The notes below the pieces were generated by a model. It had not been told where the DNA came from. It saw only the letters and a program-made list of their open reading frames with translations, and ran no database searches. Of a stretch of DNA of 64,000 bases, positions 59,877 to 64,000 are shown one piece after another (position 1 is the stretch's first letter; each line of letters opens with the position of its first letter). This stretch comes from Candidatus Jorgensenbacteria bacterium GW2011_GWB1_50_10. GTDB lineage: Bacteria; Patescibacteriota; Minisyncoccia; UBA6257; GWB1-50-10. The stretch covers positions 38,928-102,927 of the forward strand of contig LCQK01000001.1 of assembly GCA_001004105.1 (NCBI GenBank), read 5' to 3'. The translations under genes and the position numbers were made by a program.

Positions 59877-61100
59877 TCAGGCGATTTTGAAGAAACGGTG
59901 CTTGCCGATTTTCAAGACATCTCCTTTCTGGAAATTTATTTTTTCTTGTGGCTTCACTTTCTTTTCGCCGTTTAATTCCACGGCGCCCTGCGCGATTAAG
60001 CGCCTCGCCTCGCTTTTGCTTGGCACACCAGCTTTAATCAAAATTCCCATAATTCCTGATTCCTTATGCCCGATTCTTAAAGTCGGCACTTTAGCCGGCA
60101 GTTCTTTTTTAGAGAAGGTTTTTTCCCACTTCGCTGCCGCTTCCGCCGCCGGTTTTTCACCGTAGCAAAGTTTTACCACCCAGGAGGCGACTTTCAGTTT
60201 AGCGTCCCGCGGGCTCATATTCTTCAATTGTTTTACTTCACTCCACGGCATCTCGGTTGAAAATTCGGCAACCGGCATTATGGCCTCATCCGGCAAGGCC
60301 ATTGTTTTACCGAATAAGTTCTCCGGCTCATCATCCAGGTTAATAAACCCACCCTCGCTTTTATTCATGAGCTTCCGGCCGGTTTTCGGGTTTTCCAAGA
60401 GTTTGGTGGTGAGCACGAATTTTTCTTTGTGTTTCAGTACTTTCATCAAGTCGCGGCCGACCAGCATATTGAATGTTTGGTCCGTGCCGCCGATTTCCAT
60501 GTCCACGTTCATCGCGACCGAATCGTAACCCTGCATCAATGGATATAAGAACTCGTGCAAGCCGATTACCCTGTTTTCTTTCAGCCGCTTTTGGAACATG
60601 TCCCTTTTGCTCATTTGCTGAACCGTGAGCAATTGAGCGAGTTTCAGAATGTCTTCAAATTTCATTTTGGAATGCCAGGCAGAATTGAATTTTACAAGCG
60701 CTTTATTCGGGCCGGCGAAGTTTATTATTTTTGACGCTTGTTTTTTGAAGGTCTGGAGATTTTGCCGGACCTCTTTTTCAGATAATGGTTTTCTTGCCGC
60801 GAGGCGGTCTGAGGGATCGCCGATGCGGCCGGTGAAGTCGCCGATGAGAAAAATTATTTGATGGCCGAGATTTTTAAGGCGTTTAAGAACCAGCAAGTTC
60901 GTGGCGTGGCCCAAGTGAAGATGAGGCCCGGTCGGGTCAACACCAAGGTAAATTTTAAGTTTGCGGCCGCCATTTAACACCGTTTCAAGCGCCTGCTTTG
61001 AGGGGTAGATTTTATCTACCGCCCGTTCTAGAACTTCTTTTATCGTTTCAAGTTTCTTCATTTTCTCAATTCTACCACGAAGAAGCTGCGCGTACATCAC
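59877..61100 (-). CDS. tyrS: Tyrosyl-tRNA synthetase (with C-terminal S4-like domain)
   Basis: HIGH region GVDPTGPHLHLGHA, KMSKS-like KFGKT..., S4 domain at C-terminus; 407 aa. Confidence 0.9.
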   Translation of the reverse strand: MMYAQLLRGRIEKMKKLETIKEVLERAVDKIYPSKQALETVLNGGRKLKIYLGVDPTGPHLHLGHATNLLVLKRLKNLGHQIIFLIGDFTGRIGDPSDRLAARKPLSEKEVRQNLQTFKKQASKIINFAGPNKALVKFNSAWHSKMKFEDILKLAQLLTVQQMSKRDMFQKRLKENRVIGLHEFLYPLMQGYDSVAMNVDMEIGGTDQTFNMLVGRDLMKVLKHKEKFVLTTKLLENPKTGRKLMNKSEGGFINLDDEPENLFGKTMALPDEAIMPVAEFSTEMPWSEVKQLKNMSPRDAKLKVASWVVKLCYGEKPAAEAAAKWEKTFSKKELPAKVPTLRIGHKESGIMGILIKAGVPSKSEARRLIAQGAVELNGEKKVKPQEKINFQKGDVLKIGKHRFFKIA

Positions 61101-61141
61101 AACGATTCAAAAACATCTAAACCCGGTTTGTTATAAATTGG

Positions 61142-61173
61142 GTGGTATACTTAAGTATACCACCTGGGTTTTA
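61142..61173. repeat. Second copy of 32-nt palindromic element GGTGGTATACTTAAGTATACCACCTGGGTTTT, upstream of tyrS
   Basis: Identical to 46984-47015; 41 nt upstream of the first in-frame ATG of tyrS. Confidence 0.6.
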
Positions 61174-61188
61174 TGTGACGGTAAGTTC

Positions 61189-61434
61189 TTATTTTTTAAA
61201 AATCTCCACAATTTCCAACCCCGTTTCTTTGCCGTGAATCGTATATTTTTTCTTTTCGCCTGCCGTGGCGCCAATCACCGCTCTGCCGATGGGGCACATG
61301 TCGGAGATGAAGCCGTTTCCGGGGTCGGTTTTATCGCTCGAAACCACGGTGTAGGATTTTATCTCGCCGTTTTCAAATTTGATTTTAACGGTGTCACCGA
61401 GCGATATTTTCCTTTGACCGGTCTCGGCGCCCAT
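61189..61434 (-). CDS. GreA/GreB-family C-terminal (FKBP-like) domain protein, lacking the N-terminal coiled coil
   Basis: 81 aa matching the GreA C-domain (ISLGDTVKI...SDMCPIGRAVIGATAGEKKKYTIHGKE); no N-terminal finger domain. Confidence 0.65.
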   Translation of the reverse strand: MGAETGQRKISLGDTVKIKFENGEIKSYTVVSSDKTDPGNGFISDMCPIGRAVIGATAGEKKKYTIHGKETGLEIVEIFKK

Positions 61435-61437
61435 TTT

Positions 61438-62022
61438 TTATTTCTTGGTTTTGACGATTTCGTCGATCAAGCCGTACTCTTTAGCCTCCTTGGCATCAAG
61501 CCAAAAATCCCGCTCGGTGTCTCGCTCGACTTTACTGAGCGGTTGGCCGGTGTGCTTGGAAAGGATTTGGTTCAAGTGGTCTTTGATTTTCACGATGTGT
61601 TTGGCGGTGATTTCAATCTCGGTCGCCTGGCCCTCGGCGCCGCCCATCACTTGGTGGAGGAGAATCTCGGAGTTGGGGAGGGCGAATCTTTTGCCTTTTT
61701 GACCGGCCGAGAGAAGCACCGCGCCCATCGAGGCGGCCAGTCCTATGCAAATCGTGGAAACCGGGGCCTTCACGTGCTGCATCGTGTCGTAAATTGCCAT
61801 CCCGGCCGTGACCGAGCCGCCCGGGGTGTTCACGTAAAACTTGATGTCTTTTTTGGAATCCTGATGGTCCAAAAAAAGAAACTGGGCGATGATGCTGTTT
61901 GCGACCATGTCGTTTATCGGGCCGCCAAGAAAAATTATCCGCTCTTTAAGAAGACGGGAGTAGATGTCGTAAGCCCGCTCGCCCAAATCGGACTTTTCAA
62001 TTACGGTAGGAATGAGATTCAT
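61438..62022 (-). CDS. clpP: ATP-dependent Clp protease proteolytic subunit
   Basis: Catalytic triad context [11 protein letters not shown] (Ser), His/Asp downstream; 194 aa. Confidence 0.92.
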   Translation of the reverse strand: MNLIPTVIEKSDLGERAYDIYSRLLKERIIFLGGPINDMVANSIIAQFLFLDHQDSKKDIKFYVNTPGGSVTAGMAIYDTMQHVKAPVSTICIGLAASMGAVLLSAGQKGKRFALPNSEILLHQVMGGAEGQATEIEITAKHIVKIKDHLNQILSKHTGQPLSKVERDTERDFWLDAKEAKEYGLIDEIVKTKK

Positions 62023-62023
62023 G

Positions 62024-62060
62024 GAAATTCAGTTGATAATCTATAGAGATTCAGTTGACC
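62024..62060. repeat. Imperfect inverted repeat (left arm) flanking the four-helix-bundle gene; partner at 62431-62478
   Basis: GAAATTCAGTTGATAATCTATAGAGATTCAGTTGACC vs reverse complement of right arm GAAATTCAATAGAAATACCATAGAGATTCTATTGAAATTC (~28/36 identity); each arm also carries internal direct repeats. Confidence 0.4.
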
Positions 62061-62415
62061 GTTTGATTCGTTTGGTTGACTGGATGTAATTATTTAGCTT
62101 CACGCCAAGATTTTTAAGCTCCCTGCTAAGTTCCTCAAAACGAACATTGTCTATTTTATTCCTTTTAAGTAAGAGGTCAAGCCAGTTCAAACTTTCAAAA
62201 AGGGAGCCGCGGGCATTGTAGTTGAACTTATTTCTGTCCAAATAATGGAATCTGCCGAAACCCTCGGCAATGTTAGCGCCAATGGAGTCAATGGCGCTGA
62301 TAAATTGGTCGCCCATAATCTTCTTATCTTGCCAATCTAATTGAAGATAGATTCCCCAAGAGGCGTCGGAAATATTTTTAGCCAGTTTATAAATTTCTAA
62401 GTCGTTGAGTTCCAT
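62041..62415 (-). CDS. Four-helix-bundle protein (TIGR02436 family, so-called 23S rRNA intervening-sequence protein)
   Basis: 124 aa, family pattern (LEIYKLA..., IDSIGANIAEGFGR, RGSLFES). Confidence 0.7.
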   Translation of the reverse strand: MELNDLEIYKLAKNISDASWGIYLQLDWQDKKIMGDQFISAIDSIGANIAEGFGRFHYLDRNKFNYNARGSLFESLNWLDLLLKRNKIDNVRFEELSRELKNLGVKLNNYIQSTKRIKRSTESL

Positions 62416-62430
62416 TTCTCAACAAAACCT

Positions 62431-62478
62431 CCATTGAATTTCAATAGAATCTCTATGGTATTTCTATTGAATTTCTAA
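62431..62478. repeat. Imperfect inverted repeat (right arm) flanking the four-helix-bundle gene
   Basis: See 62024-62060. Confidence 0.4.
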
Positions 62479-62960
62479 TATCTAACTATTTCCACTTCCG
62501 TGACGTCAAATCTTTCGGCGTCGCGAATGTTGGTATCGCTTGTCACTTTTACGTTGTCGCCGACTTTAATGTCGGAGAGTTTGATAATTTTAGTCGCGGT
62601 GCTCCCACTCTTGTCTGGCGTGCCGAAATCAAGGAGGAAAAATTTGGTGGCGCTTGTTACCATCGCATAACGAATCTCTACGCTCTGGGCGGTGCCGTCG
62701 GTGTGGGGAAGGTAATCATTGGGGTCTCTCACTTCCAAATTAATGATTGCGCCGTAGATGGCTTTCACAACACCCGTCAAACTTGTCATCACTTCCGGCG
62801 GTCTGGGGAAAGCAAGGTCAAGGAGGGGATTCAGGCGGTTTTCCGCTTCCGTTCGGCCGGTGGTTTCGCCCTGTTTTTTGCCGAGAACCATGCCGAAGGC
62901 CAGAGCAAGAATTACAACTGCCACTATCGAAGTAATAAGGGCAATTTTTTTGGTTCTCAT
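62475..62960 (-). CDS. Membrane-anchored hypothetical protein (161 aa)
   Basis: N-terminal TM (IALITSIVAVVILALAFGMVLG); no family. Confidence 0.45.
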   Translation of the reverse strand: MRTKKIALITSIVAVVILALAFGMVLGKKQGETTGRTEAENRLNPLLDLAFPRPPEVMTSLTGVVKAIYGAIINLEVRDPNDYLPHTDGTAQSVEIRYAMVTSATKFFLLDFGTPDKSGSTATKIIKLSDIKVGDNVKVTSDTNIRDAERFDVTEVEIVRY

Positions 62961-63015
62961 TCACCTAATATTATAGCATTTTCTCTTGAATCGTCGTGTT
63001 ATAATAAATTTAACC

Positions 63016-64000
63016 ATGAAAACTTTCCGCAACCCGCTTTTCTATTTGGTAATTCTCCTGGGTATTGCAGTTGTTTTCGGCGTCGTCCAGGCCGCTTTCA
63101 CAGAGCCATCTAATTCTTTTCCTGGCAGTGCTCCGGCCGCGCCTTTAGACACTTCATCTTTAGAGCAAACTAAAAGCGGTAATTTAATTTTGGATGCTAT
63201 TAAATTTACGGGAACCAATGCTATTCAGTTTCAGCAGGGTCAAATTTTAAGTGTCGGCGCCGGTTTTCAGTTCACGCCCCTTACGAGCGGCAACCAAACT
63301 CTTATTAGAAACAGCGTTGGCTCAATTCTGCTTCAGCCGACAGGTAGCAAGGGGGTTTTAGTTGGTGATGTTTCTCCCGGATTTACAGCAAGCTTGATCA
63401 CACCTAATGTTTTAATATCCGGCGGTTCCGGCGCCGACGCTCAAGGGATTTATTTAGGTGTCTGGCAGGGCGTAGCTGGTTTCTACACCATTAAAACCGG
63501 CGACGCTTCAGCGCCGCCCCTTGCCTTTTTAGTAGGTGATTCAGAGAGAGTTCGGATTAATACAAGCGGCGATGTCGGCATCGGGACATCAAACCCCACA
63601 ACCAAATTAGAAGTAATTGGCACTGCAAGTTCAACAGAGGTTTGTATTAGCGGCGATTGTAAAACCGCTTGGCCAGCAGGCGCTGTCTCACAGTGGACTT
63701 CCATAAGCGGCGGCAGGATTTATTACAACGGCGGGAGTGTGGGGATTGGGACCGATAGCCCTAATGAGTCCCTTGATGTTGGCGGAAACATCAAAACGTC
63801 TGGCAACCTCTTACTTCCAATAGACAGCGGGTTTCCCGTCACTAAAGGAATTTATTTTGGTAGCAGTGCTTTTATCGGTTATGCCCCCTCTCTTCAGGAA
63901 ATATTTATAGTTAGCGGTAGCGGCGCCATCGGTTTTAAAGACGGCGGCATAAAAATTGATAGTGGCGGAACCATTCTTTTACCAACTTGTGATGATACTC
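63016..64000 (+). CDS. 5' part of a large secreted Gly/Ser/Thr-rich repeat protein (open to window end; not in ORF track)
   Basis: ATG at 63016, signal/anchor MKTFRNPLFYLVILLGIAVVFGVVQA, then >300 codons without stop containing repeated motifs (GDVGIGTSNPTTKLEVIG, GGSVGIGTDSPNESLDVGG), reminiscent of fibre/adhesin-like surface proteins. Confidence 0.6.
   Translation, partial: MKTFRNPLFYLVILLGIAVVFGVVQAAFTEPSNSFPGSAPAAPLDTSSLEQTKSGNLILDAIKFTGTNAIQFQQGQILSVGAGFQFTPLTSGNQTLIRNSVGSILLQPTGSKGVLVGDVSPGFTASLITPNVLISGGSGADAQGIYLGVWQGVAGFYTIKTGDASAPPLAFLVGDSERVRINTSGDVGIGTSNPTTKLEVIGTASSTEVCISGDCKTAWPAGAVSQWTSISGGRIYYNGGSVGIGTDSPNESLDVGGNIKTSGNLLLPIDSGFPVTKGIYFGSSAFIGYAPSLQEIFIVSGSGAIGFKDGGIKIDSGGTILLPTCDDT

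Noticed and set aside
61138-62046. 302-aa plus-strand ORF antisense to greA and clpP
   Set aside because: It is entirely antisense to two strongly supported genes. Its translation is Gly/Arg/His-rich low complexity, typical of an antisense frame of GC-balanced genes.
1-64000. CRISPR arrays, transposases, integrases, toxin-antitoxin pairs, rRNA operons
   Set aside because: Scanning on both strands found no short regularly spaced direct repeats of CRISPR type. No DDE, serine- or tyrosine-recombinase-like ORFs were seen. No rRNA-like conserved blocks (such as GTGCCAGCAGCCGCGGTAA or the 23S 5' GGATGCCTTGGC) were found. The only repeat families are the short palindromes reported above.

Overview
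The window reads as a compact, gene-dense segment of a small bacterial genome (standard code: TGA, TAA and TAG all terminate genes) centred on the chromosomal replication-origin neighbourhood. The order rpmH-rnpA-yidC-jag on the minus strand facing dnaA-dnaN on the plus strand places a candidate oriC between them. The rest is housekeeping content:
- Replication and repair genes: PBP1A, ruvC, YebC, polA, tsaE, ruvB, fpg, holA, ruvA, murE-like, murB, a family-4 UDG, PolX, Nudix and ogt.
- Translation genes: rpsT, rplT, rpmI, infC, smpB, argS, ileS, trpS and tyrS.
- RNA turnover enzymes: RNase J, RNase Y and a second beta-CASP RNase.
- Also gpmI, clpP, a Clp ATPase, HU, secG, a ZIP transporter, a PilB/GspE ATPase and an ECF sigma factor.
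- Six tRNAs (Arg-CCG, Leu-CAG, Gly-TCC, Arg-TCT, Pro-TGG, Phe-GAA), a tmRNA next to smpB and rpmH; the tRNAs, the tmRNA, rpmH and rpmI were found by hand because they are absent from the ORF track.
The gene set (T4SS-type pilin, PilB, four-helix-bundle protein, many short domain-minimal proteins) suggests a reduced-genome lineage such as Patescibacteria/CPR, but that is inference.
The most unusual features are:
(i) a VirB4-like ATPase operon with a pilin-like protein carrying a long cysteine-rich C-terminal domain;
(ii) two ArsR-family paralogs, each bracketed by repeats sharing a TTCGCGCGAA palindromic core; the second sits in front of a very cysteine-rich repeat protein whose reading frame is interrupted by one in-frame TAG;
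(iii) an IleS gene with a ~200 aa histidine-phosphatase-fold insertion in the catalytic core;
(iv) an identical 32-nt palindromic element upstream of both trpS and tyrS;
(v) a family of CCTGCCTGCC-GGCAGGCAGG palindromes, one apparently inserted with duplication of a gene terminus;
(vi) a ~1.1 kb GC-rich, ORF-poor, heavily self-complementary region with two tandem minus-strand intrinsic terminators, likely a structured RNA or riboswitch leader, plus several smaller structured intergenic RNAs.
No transposases, CRISPR arrays or rRNA genes were found.
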